This document shows positions 17,970-28,200 of a DNA stretch of 64,000 nucleotides, piece after piece. Every line of letters starts with the position of its first letter. Within the stretch, counting starts at the first letter, position 1. The stretch spans positions 91,671 to 155,670 of the forward strand of contig CBDCME010000062.1 in assembly GCA_965218865.1 (NCBI GenBank), given 5' to 3'. The translations under genes were made by a program, and so were the position numbers. This stretch comes from Alphaproteobacteria bacterium. Lineage in GTDB: Bacteria > Pseudomonadota > Alphaproteobacteria > JAAXGF01. The notes beneath the pieces were generated by a model, which was given only the letters and a program-made list of their open reading frames with translations, made no database searches and was not told the origin of the DNA.

Positions 17970-19490
17970 AAAAGTGAGGTAGGCGTCATTCGCCTGGAAC
18001 CGTTAGGCTCTGGGTGTTGAATCCATCAAGGAGAACGACGCCATGACCAAGACTACACGGAACAGCCGCCTTTCGAAACTGTTGGAGATCCCGCTTCCGC
18101 TGTTGCCGCCGGCCTTGCCGGAGGCTTTTGATGATCTGCGCATGAGCGTGGATCGCTTTTGCCTGTTGGCCGGGGTGGAGACCCTGGGCGAGATGCTGGA
18201 CGAGGATAGCGAGGTGCTCTGCGGAGCGCGCCACGCCCGCACGGCCGAGCGGCAGGGCCATCGCTGGGGGACAACCCAGAGCGAGATTGCCTATCACGGG
18301 GGCAAGGTGAAGCTGACGCGCCCGCGGGTGCGCGATCTTGGGGGCAAGGAGATGAGCTTGCCGAGCTGGGAGTTGCTCTCGGACCCGGCGCTTTTGCAGT
18401 CCTGGGCGATGAACATCATGCTGCTTACGGTTTCGACCCGCAAGTACGCGCGCGCCGTGCGCCTGCCCGGCGAGGCCAGCGGCGACTTGCCGGCACGCGC
18501 GGGCGATGCGACCTCGAAGTCCGCGGTCTCGCGGCGCTTCGTGGCCATGACGCGCAAGAAGCTGAAGGCCTTCCTGGCCAGCGACCTTTCGGATCTCGAT
18601 CTCCTGGTCATCCAGATCGACGGGCTGCACGTCGGCGATCACGTGTTGCTGGCAGCTATTGGCATCGACGGCGCGGGCGAGAAGCATGTTCTAGGCCTGG
18701 CCGAAGGTGCCACGGAGAATGCCGCCACGGTGCAGGCGCTGCTCGACAACCTGACCGCCCGCGGCCTCGACCCGGAAGTGCCCCGGCTCTTCATCGTCGA
18801 CGGCGCCAAGGCGCTCTCCAAGGCGATCAAGCGGACCTTCGGGCCGGTGGCCGCCCTCCAGCGCTGCCAGGTCCACAAGGGCCGCAACATCATCGAGCGC
18901 CTCGACGAAAGCCTTCATGCCGGCGTCAAGAAGGCGCTCAGGCAAGCCTGGGACCAAGACGATGCCGAGAAAGCCGAACGCCTCATGAAGAACCTGGCGC
19001 GCCGCCTGGAGACCGAGGCCCCCGGCGTTTCGGCTTCCATCCTGGAGGGCCTGGATGAGATCCTCACCGTGATCCGCTTGGGCCTGCCGCCCAAGCTCAG
19101 GCGCTCCTTGGCCTGCACCAACGCCATCGAGAATGCCTTGGGAACGGTCAGGATGGTGCAGCACAATGTCAAGCGCTGGCGCAACGCCGAGATGGCCTTG
19201 CAATGGACCGCCGCCGGCCTCCTGGAAGCCCAAAAGACCTTCCGTCGCCTCAAGGCCTACCGGCAACTCCCCATCCTCAGAGCTGCCCTCGAGGATCACG
19301 TGAAAAAGGCAAAAGCGAAAAGCGCCATTGAAACCATCAAAGAGGCCGCCTAGCCTCGAAGCCCAACCATGCCTGCCTCGCCTTTTTCAACAGAGCATGG
19401 GACATCGCCCATGTGGATGATCGATTTGAACGATGATCTGCCCAAGTGGTTGGGCCATAAGAAACTGTCGGTCCTGTTGTAATCGGGCGT
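17970..19490 (+). mobile_element. IS256-family insertion sequence (boundaries approximate)
   Basis: Contains a 436-aa mutator-type transposase. Ends were not resolved by eye. Confidence 0.5.
18043..19353 (+). CDS. IS256-family (mutator-type) transposase
   Basis: 436 aa; ...VIQIDGLHVGDHVLLAAIGIDGAGEKHVLGL...CQVHKGRNI... match the IS256 DDE transposase layout. Confidence 0.85.
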   Translation: MTKTTRNSRLSKLLEIPLPLLPPALPEAFDDLRMSVDRFCLLAGVETLGEMLDEDSEVLCGARHARTAERQGHRWGTTQSEIAYHGGKVKLTRPRVRDLGGKEMSLPSWELLSDPALLQSWAMNIMLLTVSTRKYARAVRLPGEASGDLPARAGDATSKSAVSRRFVAMTRKKLKAFLASDLSDLDLLVIQIDGLHVGDHVLLAAIGIDGAGEKHVLGLAEGATENAATVQALLDNLTARGLDPEVPRLFIVDGAKALSKAIKRTFGPVAALQRCQVHKGRNIIERLDESLHAGVKKALRQAWDQDDAEKAERLMKNLARRLETEAPGVSASILEGLDEILTVIRLGLPPKLRRSLACTNAIENALGTVRMVQHNVKRWRNAEMALQWTAAGLLEAQKTFRRLKAYRQLPILRAALEDHVKKAKAKSAIETIKEAA

Positions 19491-19503
19491 TCTTTTCGTC
19501 TGA

Positions 19504-19640
19504 CAGTCTATTAGAAAACTCGCGGCACCGGCCCTCTCCCCCTCCCGGCCACCCATATCAGCAACCTCTCGTGGGTGGCCGGGAGAGGGAGAGGGACAGA
19601 CGCAAAAAATGCGCGGGCGCGCATTTTCGAACGGACACTG
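19504..19640 (+). repeat. MITE-A copy a (structured ~140-bp repeat with 15-bp TIRs, 26-bp-stem hairpin and a second small palindrome)
   Basis: CAGTCTATTAGAAAACTCGCGG...GGCCCTCTCCCCCTCCCGGCCACCCA-loop-TGGGTGGCCGGGAG.GGGAGAGGG...AAAAAATGCGCGGGCGCGCATTTTCGAACGGACACTG. Lies just downstream of the IS256 element. Confidence 0.8.
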
Positions 19641-19725
19641 ATTCGCCTCGTCCCGAGTTGGGAAGGGCACCGCCCGCCGGACACGAGGGCCGCGGTGACA
19701 CGGCCTCTCCGCCAACGCCCGGGCG

Positions 19726-20571
19726 TTAGTGTGGAACGGGGGTGCGACCAACCTGGCTGAAGATTTCCTCGGCCGAGAGTTCGGGAACCGGGTAATTCAA
19801 GCTGCTCACACTGACCTGCGGACGAATCTCGTCATCGGCGACGACGACAGTCATGTTATCGAGGTGTTTCAAGATTTTTTGGGACACGACCTCGCATTTA
19901 TTCCAAAACGTGTTTTGCAGCATCATGCAGAATTCGTTCGACGCGACCTTGGCGAGGAGGTCGCTCTTGCGGGTCGACTTGCGTAAAATTTTGGCGATCT
20001 CGTTCATCATATGGCGGGCGGGGGCGTATCCGAAGTTTTGATAGACGTCGTCGAAATTCAGGATCGTGATGAACATCAGGGTCCCCGGACTCTCGGTCCG
20101 CCGGCACTCCTCGATCGTGACCCGGAAAAATTGCTGAAAACTCGCTTTGTTGACGAGGCCGGTGTCGTGATCCGTGCCGGGACCCTCGCGCAATTGGTCC
20201 TCGAGGTTGAGGAGGCGTTTGCCGCTTTTGAGCCGGAGCCGAAGCTCGGTCGCATTGAAGGGACGCGTGATGTAGTCGTCGGCCCCGGCCTCGAGGGCCT
20301 CGGTCATGGTTTGCTTTTCCGTCAAGTTGGTATAGACGATGACGTAGATATAGCGGTTGCGCTCCAATGCCCTGACGCATTTGCAGAGTTCCGGGCCTGG
20401 CAAGCCCGGCAAATCCCAACCCATGATGACGACGCGGAACATTTCCTTCTTGATGCGTTTGTAGGCGGCCAAGCCGGTTCGGGCGATGACCACCGTATGG
20501 CCCCATTTCTCAAGTCTGCTTCGCAGCATGCGGCGAAACAGCTCGTCGTCGGATACAACAATGATTTTCAT
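19726..20571 (-). CDS. response regulator: REC domain fused to a degenerate GGDEF domain
   Basis: MKIIVVSDDELFRRMLRS...VIMGWDLPGLPGPELC...ADDYITRPF is a CheY-like receiver. C-terminal GGDEF fold with ...KVASNEFCMML in place of RxGGDEF, probably catalytically inactive. Confidence 0.7.
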   Translation of the reverse strand: MKIIVVSDDELFRRMLRSRLEKWGHTVVIARTGLAAYKRIKKEMFRVVIMGWDLPGLPGPELCKCVRALERNRYIYVIVYTNLTEKQTMTEALEAGADDYITRPFNATELRLRLKSGKRLLNLEDQLREGPGTDHDTGLVNKASFQQFFRVTIEECRRTESPGTLMFITILNFDDVYQNFGYAPARHMMNEIAKILRKSTRKSDLLAKVASNEFCMMLQNTFWNKCEVVSQKILKHLDNMTVVVADDEIRPQVSVSSLNYPVPELSAEEIFSQVGRTPVPH

Positions 20572-20784
20572 CGACTCCCCCAAAGGCGCGACCGACGGAG
20601 TCTCCGAACCCCGTCTTCAGGTGATTTTGGCCGAGAAAGTTCCCTCAACGAGCGCGAAATCCACGGGCCGACGCGACGAACGCCCAGCGCGCTCGAGCGG
20701 GCCGATGATAACGCCCGCTTCAGTGGTGTCAATTTCTTGCGCTCGTTAACGTGCTCGAGGCTGGTTCGCGGTCTCGATTCGATC

Positions 20785-22232
20785 CTATTGGCGCCAAAAA
20801 CTTGGCGCGAACAGGACCAGCACCGTGAACAGCTCGAGTCGGCCGACCAACATCGCGAACGACAGCAGCCACTTCGCCGGGTCCGGAAGGGGCGCGAAGG
20901 ATCCGGTCGGGCCGATGACATCGCCCAGGCCGGGTCCAACGTTCGCGAGCGCGGTCGCGGCACCCGACATGCTGGTCAGGAAGTCGAGGCCGAGGGCGGC
21001 GAGGCCGAGGGCGACGGTGACGAAACAAACGACGAACAGAAAGAAAAAGCCCAGGACCGCTTCCAAAACCTGTTCAGGAATGGGTTTCCGGTTGAAATGG
21101 GGAATGAAAATGCCATGGGGTTGGAGAGAGCGGCGAATCTGCACCCCGGTCTCCGCGGCGAGGACCTGGACGCGGAATATCTTGATGCCGCCGGTCGTCG
21201 ATCCGGTGCAGCCCCCGATCAGCATGAGAAAGAACAAAAGGCTCGTCGCGAATCCGCCCCAAAGGCCATAATCGACCGATGAAAAACCGGTTCCGGTGAT
21301 GATCGAGACAACGTTGAAGGCCGTGTGGCGGAGGGCTGGTTCGAACGCTTCGGTGCCACTGACCATAACATCCAGGTGATGGTCGCGACCGAGGCCACGA
21401 TGATCGCCAAAAACCAGCGTACCTGCGATTCCCGCCAGACGAACTGGGTTTGACCGCGAACCAAGCGAAAATAAAGTATGAACGGAATTCCGCCCAAAAT
21501 CATGAAACCCGTCGCAACCCATTCGATCGCCGGGTTGCCGAAATGCCCGATCGAGGCATCGGAGGTCGAGAAACCGGCGGTGGATATGGTCGTCATGGCG
21601 TGGCATACGGCCTCGAAGCCGGTCATGCCGGCTTGCCAGTACGCCACCGTGGCAATCACGGTAAACACCAGATAGATCACTCCGATCACCGACGATATCT
21701 GGGCTGGGCGTGGCAAGACCTTGTCGGAACGGTCCGATGACTCGGTCCGGAAAAGCTGCATCCCCCCGACCCGCAACATCGGGAGAACGGCGATCGCCAT
21801 GACGACGATACCGATGCCGCCCTGCCATTGCAGCAACGCCCGCCACAACAGGATTCCGCGCGGTGCCCGGTCGAGACCGGTCATGACGGTCGAGCCGGTC
21901 GTCGTGATCCCCGACATGGCCTCGAAAAAAGCGTCTGTGTAGCTCATTCCGAGATCGGCCAGGGAGAAGGGGAGGGCGGCGAACGCGGTCAGGGTGGTCC
22001 AACTCAAGGTGGTCAGCAGGAAGGTCTGCTTGACGGTGAACCGTGTCGGCCCGACACGGTTCACGAGGACCAGGCCGACGCCCGTGAAGACGGTGAGAAA
22101 GGAAGCCGCGAGAAACGCCGTCCAGTTCGCGTGACCGTTGCTCGCGTCGGCCAGCGCCGGAATGAGCATGAACGCGCCGAGCGTGGCGAGCAGGGCGCCG
22201 ATGACAAAGAGAACTGGTCGAAGTTCGGTCAT
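20785..22232 (-). pseudogene. trkH: Trk-type K+ uptake protein TrkH with a single-base frameshift near 21360-21400
   Basis: N-terminal 2/3 (337-aa ORF 21219-22232) and C-terminal 1/3 (in the 20785-22293 ORF from ...SGTEAFEPALRHTAFNVVSIITGTGF...) are both good TrkH sequence in frames offset by one nucleotide. Confidence 0.6.
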
Positions 22233-22300
22233 GCCCAGCCGGCAACGAACCTCCTATTCGCGCCCGGCGGCCATTCACCGACTCCCCGGCCACGGAGCCC

Positions 22301-23005
22301 TTATCGGTGTCCGCTCACCACCGGGTCGCCGATCATGGTCAAGAACTCGCGTCGGGTCGCGGAATTGGTTCGAAACGCCCCCAACATGCGGCTGGTCACC
22401 ATGATCGTGCCCGGCAAATGTACGCCGCGCGTGGTCATGCAGTGGTGAGTGGCCTGAATGACGACGGCGACACCGCTTGGTTCGAGGACGTCGTTGATCG
22501 TGTCCGCGATCTGGGTGGTGAGCTTTTCCTGGATCTGGAGGCGGCGCGCGAACACCTGGACCAGGCGCGCCAGCTTGCTGATTCCGACCACTCGGCTGTC
22601 CGGCAGGTAGGCCACGTGCGCGGTGCCGATGATCGGCGCCAGATGGTGTTCGCAATGGGATTCGAAGACGATATCCCGGAGCACCACCATCTCGTCGTAG
22701 CCCTCGGATTCCTCGAACGTGCGTTCGAGAATGGCGACCGGATCCTGGCCATAACCGTTGCAGTACTCCTCGTACGCCCGCGCGACGCGGTCCGGCGTTC
22801 CCTGCAGTCCCTCGCGGTTCGGATCGTCGCCGGCCCAGCGGATTAGGGTGCGCACGGCGTCCTCGGTTTCCTCCCGACTGGGCCGCGCCACACCCCGCTC
22901 GCTTTCCGCGCCATCCGATTCGGTCGGGTCGTTGTCACGGGGGGCGGTTGAATTCAGCTTTGTCACACGCTCTTCCTTTCGATCATGGTCGTCTTGCGCG
23001 CTCAT
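22301..23005 (-). CDS. folE: GTP cyclohydrolase I
   Basis: ...[16 protein letters not shown]...[28 protein letters not shown]...[15 protein letters not shown] are FolE signature regions. Confidence 0.85.
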   Translation of the reverse strand: MSAQDDHDRKEERVTKLNSTAPRDNDPTESDGAESERGVARPSREETEDAVRTLIRWAGDDPNREGLQGTPDRVARAYEEYCNGYGQDPVAILERTFEESEGYDEMVVLRDIVFESHCEHHLAPIIGTAHVAYLPDSRVVGISKLARLVQVFARRLQIQEKLTTQIADTINDVLEPSGVAVVIQATHHCMTTRGVHLPGTIMVTSRMLGAFRTNSATRREFLTMIGDPVVSGHR

Positions 23006-23100
23006 CCGGCGCCGGGTCCATCATTCGATCGCGTCCCCGGGAGGGCCGAGCCCTCGAACTCCTGCGGTGGGGCCGCATTCGTCGGCGCGGATCGCCTTGC

Positions 23101-23502
23101 CTAATTCAGTTGCACTTGTTGGTGGGGACTATCGAGCGAAAAGGCGGGGATCTCGACGTCGAAGCGTTCACCCTCCTCGGTCAGCATCTGATACCGGCCC
23201 ACCATAATTCCCGACGGCGTCGACAAGGGCGTGCCGCTCGTGTACTCGAACACCCCTCCGGGCTTGAGCACGGGCTGTTCGCCGACGACACCGGCTCCGC
23301 GCACCTCGTTGACAAGTCCGTGGGCGTCCGTGATCGACCAAAACCGCGTCAGCAGTTTCACTGTTTCGCGCCCGAGATTTTCGATCCACACATGGTAGGC
23401 CCAAACGAAATGTTCGTCATCGGGATCCGATTGGCCATCGAGAAACATGGGCTTCACGGTAATTTGAATGGAACGGGTGGTTCTCTTGTACGCCACGGAC
23501 AT
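23101..23502 (-). CDS. apaG: ApaG (DUF525) protein
   Basis: 134 aa; ...ITVKPMFLDGQSDPDDEHFVWAYHVWIENLGRETVKLLTRFWSITDAHG...GVVGEQPVLKPGGVFEYTSG matches ApaG. Confidence 0.7.
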   Translation of the reverse strand: MSVAYKRTTRSIQITVKPMFLDGQSDPDDEHFVWAYHVWIENLGRETVKLLTRFWSITDAHGLVNEVRGAGVVGEQPVLKPGGVFEYTSGTPLSTPSGIMVGRYQMLTEEGERFDVEIPAFSLDSPHQQVQLN

Positions 23503-23602
23503 CCACCGATTGTCGTCAGCCCAAAATCGAGGGTTCGATTTATGCCAACGAGGCGGCTTTCCAAATATCGCGCCCGTATGAAATTGTCCAGCGCCGGACA
23601 AA

Positions 23603-24568
23603 TCAAACCTCTTGGGATTGGCTACAGGATCCGCCGCCCAGGACGCAAAATTGGGCGCAATAGGGATGGTTAAGATGGACCGCGCCTCGCGACGCCTCGG
23701 CCAGCGTGCGCCCCAGTTCGAATCGCGGATCATGGGGCAGCAAAGTGCACGAAACGACAGACGGGGAGGCGGCTCCATTGCGTTTGACGATCATCCGTGA
23801 AGTCGCGCACATGACCGAATCCGGATCGACTCCGAGGATACCCCAACAACTTTCGCTGATCTCCGGGACGTCTTTTTCGGACACCATTTCCGGAAACAGA
23901 ACGAGGGCAACAGGATCGAACGCATCCACCGGGATTTCCAGCTGGGCGAACAGACCGGCGTAACCTTCCCGAAGTTCGGCTTCCAGTTGATTCCAATACG
24001 TTCGCCCGGCAACGTGTATCGAAAAACCGTTGGCGCCTAGCCAACGAAGACCGGCGATCAGCGGTTCCCAGCTCCGCGGTCCACGCTCGGCCTCATGGTG
24101 TTCACGCGTGTAATGGTCGATCGAAACGCGGACGATGAGGTGGTCTCCGTAGAGCGCGTTCAGTCGCTTCAGCGAGGTCGAGCATTTCATCATCGGCTTC
24201 ATGGCGTTGGTCAGGATTAGAACCCGGAAATGGCGTTGCAAGGCATCCTCGACCATGTCGATGAAATCCGAATTCATGAAGGGTTCGCCGCCGGTGAAGC
24301 CGATTTCACTTGTCGGGAAACCCTGCGTTTCGATTTCGTCGAGATAGGCCGCCACCTCGGCGGCGGTCAAATAAACCAATCGATCGTTGGTGGGGCTCGA
24401 TTCGATGTAACAGGTTTTACACGTGAGATTACAGAGCGTCCCGGTGTTGAACCACAAAGTCTTCAAGGACTTCAATTTTACGGACGCGCGCCTTTCGCCC
24501 GTGGCCGTGACCTCGGTGTTGGTGAACCGCTGCGGTTCGATTGATGGCATGGACGGTGCGTGCGTCAT
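23603..24568 (-). CDS. radical SAM domain protein
   Basis: CNLTCKTCY (CxxxCxxC) near the N-terminus, GGEPF glycine-rich SAM motif, C-terminal Cys cluster. Subfamily not identified. Confidence 0.6.
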   Translation of the reverse strand: MTHAPSMPSIEPQRFTNTEVTATGERRASVKLKSLKTLWFNTGTLCNLTCKTCYIESSPTNDRLVYLTAAEVAAYLDEIETQGFPTSEIGFTGGEPFMNSDFIDMVEDALQRHFRVLILTNAMKPMMKCSTSLKRLNALYGDHLIVRVSIDHYTREHHEAERGPRSWEPLIAGLRWLGANGFSIHVAGRTYWNQLEAELREGYAGLFAQLEIPVDAFDPVALVLFPEMVSEKDVPEISESCWGILGVDPDSVMCATSRMIVKRNGAASPSVVSCTLLPHDPRFELGRTLAEASRGAVHLNHPYCAQFCVLGGGSCSQSQEV

Positions 24569-24788
24569 CGCGGAAATCGGCGCTGGGCCCGGGGTTCCCC
24601 TTCGCCCTTAGGCAGTGAATTTCGCCATCAGATGTGGACGAGCGCAACCTCTTCGTTCTTATTGCGCAAAATCTCTGGGCGACGGAGTCGAGTCCTTTGG
24701 ACTATACCGAGATCCGGGCGACATTGACAAGTTCACATCCCCGAAAGGTCGCGGATTGGCTCGCTCGGCGACCCGGGTCCCCCCCTTA

Positions 24789-24929
24789 CAGTCTGTTCGA
24801 AAACTCGCGGCGCCGGCCCTCTCCCCCTCCCGGCCACCCATATCAGCATACTCTCGTGGGTGGCCGGGAGGGGGAGAGGGCCGGAACAGACGCAAAAAAT
24901 GCGCGGACGCGCATTTTCGAAAAGACACT
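24789..24929 (+). repeat. MITE-A copy b
   Basis: Full-length copy with both TIRs, between the radical SAM gene and the permease. Confidence 0.8.
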
Positions 24930-26461
24930 TAGGTTTTGGATGAATCAGTTCGGCGACGGGGTATCCGTCCTCGACGCTTCGGCGGCCGCCGTGCGATTAG
25001 GGTTTTCCAACCGCTCGGAGGGCGAAGGGGCGAAGGGGTGGATTCCTCGGACGCGCGGACGAGATTCTTGCGCCCGTAGGCGATGAAATATGCGAGGACA
25101 ACGAAATACCATAGGGCGCAACCCGCCAATCCGCTTTGAAAGATCGGTTCGAAAGCGAGAAAAACGAAGGTTGCCAAGGCCAGGATAAAGGCGATCGAGG
25201 CGCCCGGGACTCCGAGGGGACTGCGGAAGGGGCGCGTCATTTCGGGTCGCATCCAGCGCAGCAAAAGGAAAGCCGCAGCCTGCATCAAATAGCTGATCAA
25301 TATTACGAATACGGCCATGTTGACGCAAACGCCAGCCACACCGGCACCGTTCGAATAATGGATCAGGGCCGCCGCCGCGCAGCCGACGGCGGCGGCGGCG
25401 ACGAGCGCGACAATGGGTGTCTTGCGTTTGCGGGTCGTTACCGATAACGGCTGCGGTAAGTATCCCGATCGCGACAGGGCATGGATGTTTCGGCTACAGG
25501 CGTAGAGAATGGCGTGGAAGCTGGCCATCAATCCGACGAGGGGAACCAGGGTCGGGATCGTGCTATCCGCGATGCTCGGGAAAAGCGTGCCCAAGGCCAA
25601 TACAAGCGGTTCTTCGGATTGTCCGACGCCGGCGGCGCCGGGTTCGATGGCGGTGGTCAAAAAAAGTATCGTAAACGCCATGACCGCGAGTGTGGCGAAG
25701 GTCAGGATCAACGCCTTGGGCACGTCGGAACGAGGGGCATCGGCCTCTTCCGCCGCCAGGGGCACAGTCTCGATTCCGAGGAAAAACCAGATCGCGAAGG
25801 GGAGCGACCAACAGATTCCCAGGGCGCCCATGGGGAAAAAATCGTTGGCGCCGCTGACCGGTGTGACGTTGAACAGCATTTCCCAGTCGAAATGGGGCAC
25901 GGCCGCGAGGCAAACGAAAATCAGGAGCGCGAACGCGATCAGGGCCAGAGCCACCATCACCCTGAAAACAACTTCGATTCCCCACACGTGGAGGCCGATG
26001 GCGGCGGCGTAGACGACCAACCACCAAACGGGTGCCGCCGCGGCGGGCGCGCCGAACAGCTCTCCCAAGTATTCACCGACGCCGACGATAATCGCCGCCG
26101 GAGCCATGACATAGGCGAGATTCTGTCCAATCCCGGCGGCGAACCCACCCCACGGTCCGAAGGCCGCGCGGCAATAAACGTAGGCGCCGCCGGCGTTGGG
26201 AAAAGCGGCGGAAAGCTCGGCGAGCGAGAAGCATAGACCGGCGAATAAAACAGTCATCAGCACGGTTGCCGTCAGCAAACCACCGAAACCACCGACCCCG
26301 AGACCCAGGTTCCACAGGAAAAAATCGCCCGAAACGACGGCCCCGACACCGAGCGCCCACAAGGAGACGGCGCCAGCGTAACGGCGTAGTCCGCGCTGGT
26401 CGAAATATCGCGGCGTGACAAACGCGTATCGGACGCCTCGGGCGGCCCATTCCTCGTTCAT
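24929..26461 (-). CDS. APC-family amino acid/ethanolamine-type permease
   Basis: 510 aa, 12+ TM helices, N-terminal ...RYFDQRGLRRYAGAVSLWALGVGAVVSGDFF typical of APC superfamily (ethanolamine permease-like). Confidence 0.7.
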   Translation of the reverse strand: MNEEWAARGVRYAFVTPRYFDQRGLRRYAGAVSLWALGVGAVVSGDFFLWNLGLGVGGFGGLLTATVLMTVLFAGLCFSLAELSAAFPNAGGAYVYCRAAFGPWGGFAAGIGQNLAYVMAPAAIIVGVGEYLGELFGAPAAAAPVWWLVVYAAAIGLHVWGIEVVFRVMVALALIAFALLIFVCLAAVPHFDWEMLFNVTPVSGANDFFPMGALGICWSLPFAIWFFLGIETVPLAAEEADAPRSDVPKALILTFATLAVMAFTILFLTTAIEPGAAGVGQSEEPLVLALGTLFPSIADSTIPTLVPLVGLMASFHAILYACSRNIHALSRSGYLPQPLSVTTRKRKTPIVALVAAAAVGCAAAALIHYSNGAGVAGVCVNMAVFVILISYLMQAAAFLLLRWMRPEMTRPFRSPLGVPGASIAFILALATFVFLAFEPIFQSGLAGCALWYFVVLAYFIAYGRKNLVRASEESTPSPLRPPSGWKTLIARRPPKRRGRIPRRRTDSSKT

Positions 26462-26796
26462 GGGGGATCGACTCCGGGTTTTTCCGCGGGGGGAAAATCG
26501 TATCGTTCACCGCCAAGATAACACGGCGATGACGACGGGGAACGCGCGCCTCGCGGGGAATGGGTTTCTCGGCGCCGATAATTTGCCGCAAGTATCGTCC
26601 ACGGCTCGCGTGAGCAGGAACAATTTTTAGTCGCGGTTGAGGGTTCGGGATGAGTGGGATCGTGCTCGGTGCACGGGGTTCGGGGAGCCCCGAGCTTGCC
26701 TCGACGACGTCATGGGGACTGCTCGAAGCCACCGGACGGCGTTTTCGGATTCGACAGGCACACCGGTCCGCCCGCGCCGCTCGGCGGCACGTCTAT

Positions 26797-28170
26797 GGAC
26801 GCCTCCCTGGATGCAAGCATTTCTTTGAACGGCTCCGTGCATGTGGTCAGGTGCAGTCGTCTATCCGGCCTGTTGATGCGGCAGGACACACGCCGCTGGC
26901 CTGTATGGAATACGCGGACCGGGTCCAAAATCGTCCCGACGGGCTTGAAAGCGCCACGTCCCGCCACTGGTTTTCCCGATCCCGTCTCACTGACCGTTTG
27001 CCCTTACACGTCTTCCGACCTGCTCACATCCCCGACGACTTCCCGCCGACATCTGCCTCCTCAGGCAGCGGCCAACGCGGAAGCGCAGTAGCTCTCTCTT
27101 TTCGCCATAAGCGCCCAGGCGATGCGCGCCATCCTGTTGGCGAGCGCCACGGCGACCAGCTTCTTGGGCTTGCGCGCCAGCATCCGGGCCAGCCACGAGC
27201 CTTCCGGCGCACCGCGCCGAACCGCCTGTTGGATGACCGCCATTGCGCCGACGACCAGCAGCCGTCTGAGGTCGCGCTGGCCCATCTTCGACATCTTGCC
27301 GAGCCTCGGCTTGCCGCCGGTCGTATGCTGGCGCGGCACGAGGCCGATCCAGGCGGAGAAGTCGCGGCCGCGGCGGAAGCTCTCCATTGGCGGAGCGAAG
27401 GCTTGTATCGCCGACGCACAGATCGGGCCGATGCCCGGAATCATCATCAGCCGTCTTGCCTCCTCATCCTGGCGCGCGTTCGCGCGGATCTCCTTCTCCA
27501 GGCCCTTGATCTGCGCATCAAGGCCGGCGATCCGTTCGAGCAGAAGCCGGCCCATCTCGCGGACCGACTCTGGCAACCCGGGCCCCGGAGCTTCGATCGC
27601 CAAGGCCAATCGGCGAACGTGAGCCGGCCCCTGCGGAGCGATGACGCCGAACTCAGCCAAGTGACCCCGTAGCGCGTTGATCGTCTGCGTGCGCTGACGC
27701 ACCAGAAGGTCGCGCGTGCGGAAGACCATACCTCGAGCCTGCTGCGCCTCCGTCTTCACGGCCACGAAACGCATGGTGGGGCGCGAGGCCGCCTCGCAGA
27801 TCGCCTCCGCGTCGGCGGCGTCGTTCTTGTGGCGCTTGACGAACGGCTTCACGTAGATCGGCGGGATCAGCTTCACCTGGTGGCCGAACTCCTCGATCTC
27901 CCGGCCCCAATAGTGCGCGCTCGCGCAGGCCTCCATCGCCACCACGCAGCGCGGTTGCGATGTCAGAAACGCCAGGACCTTGGGCCTTGTCAGTTTCCTG
28001 CGGAACGCTACCGATCCATCCGATCGCGCTCCATGCACCTGAAAACTGTTCTTCGCCAGATCGATCCCGATGATGCTAACTCGTTCCATGGATGCCTCCT
28101 CCTTCAGGGGGTTGAACACGACACCACCTTGGCACATCGCGATGCCGTCGGGGGGAGGCGTCCATCCCAT
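26797..28170 (-). mobile_element. IS110-family insertion sequence nested in the tail of ISAs1-family copy A
   Basis: Copy B reads ...CCGGGACGTGCCGCCGAGCGG... uninterrupted. In copy A the two halves are separated by ~1.37 kb encoding an IS110 transposase. Confidence 0.75.
27061..28089 (-). CDS. IS110-family transposase
   Basis: MERVSIIGIDLAKNSFQVHG... N-terminal DEDD RuvC-like domain and C-terminal ...MMIPGIGPICASAIQAF... DNA-binding domain. Confidence 0.85.
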   Translation of the reverse strand: MERVSIIGIDLAKNSFQVHGARSDGSVAFRRKLTRPKVLAFLTSQPRCVVAMEACASAHYWGREIEEFGHQVKLIPPIYVKPFVKRHKNDAADAEAICEAASRPTMRFVAVKTEAQQARGMVFRTRDLLVRQRTQTINALRGHLAEFGVIAPQGPAHVRRLALAIEAPGPGLPESVREMGRLLLERIAGLDAQIKGLEKEIRANARQDEEARRLMMIPGIGPICASAIQAFAPPMESFRRGRDFSAWIGLVPRQHTTGGKPRLGKMSKMGQRDLRRLLVVGAMAVIQQAVRRGAPEGSWLARMLARKPKKLVAVALANRMARIAWALMAKRESYCASALAAA

Positions 28171-28200
28171 CGTCCCGGTCCGGGGGAGAGGCGTGCTGTC

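Noticed and set aside
19433-19729. Short ORFs with PSPPPGHPYQQPLVGGRE-type translations at 19433, 24615-25086, 33551-33944, 43887-44193 and 59467-59749
   Set aside because: These are read-through translations of the MITE-A hairpin repeat. The same peptide recurs because the DNA repeat recurs. There is no coding signal.
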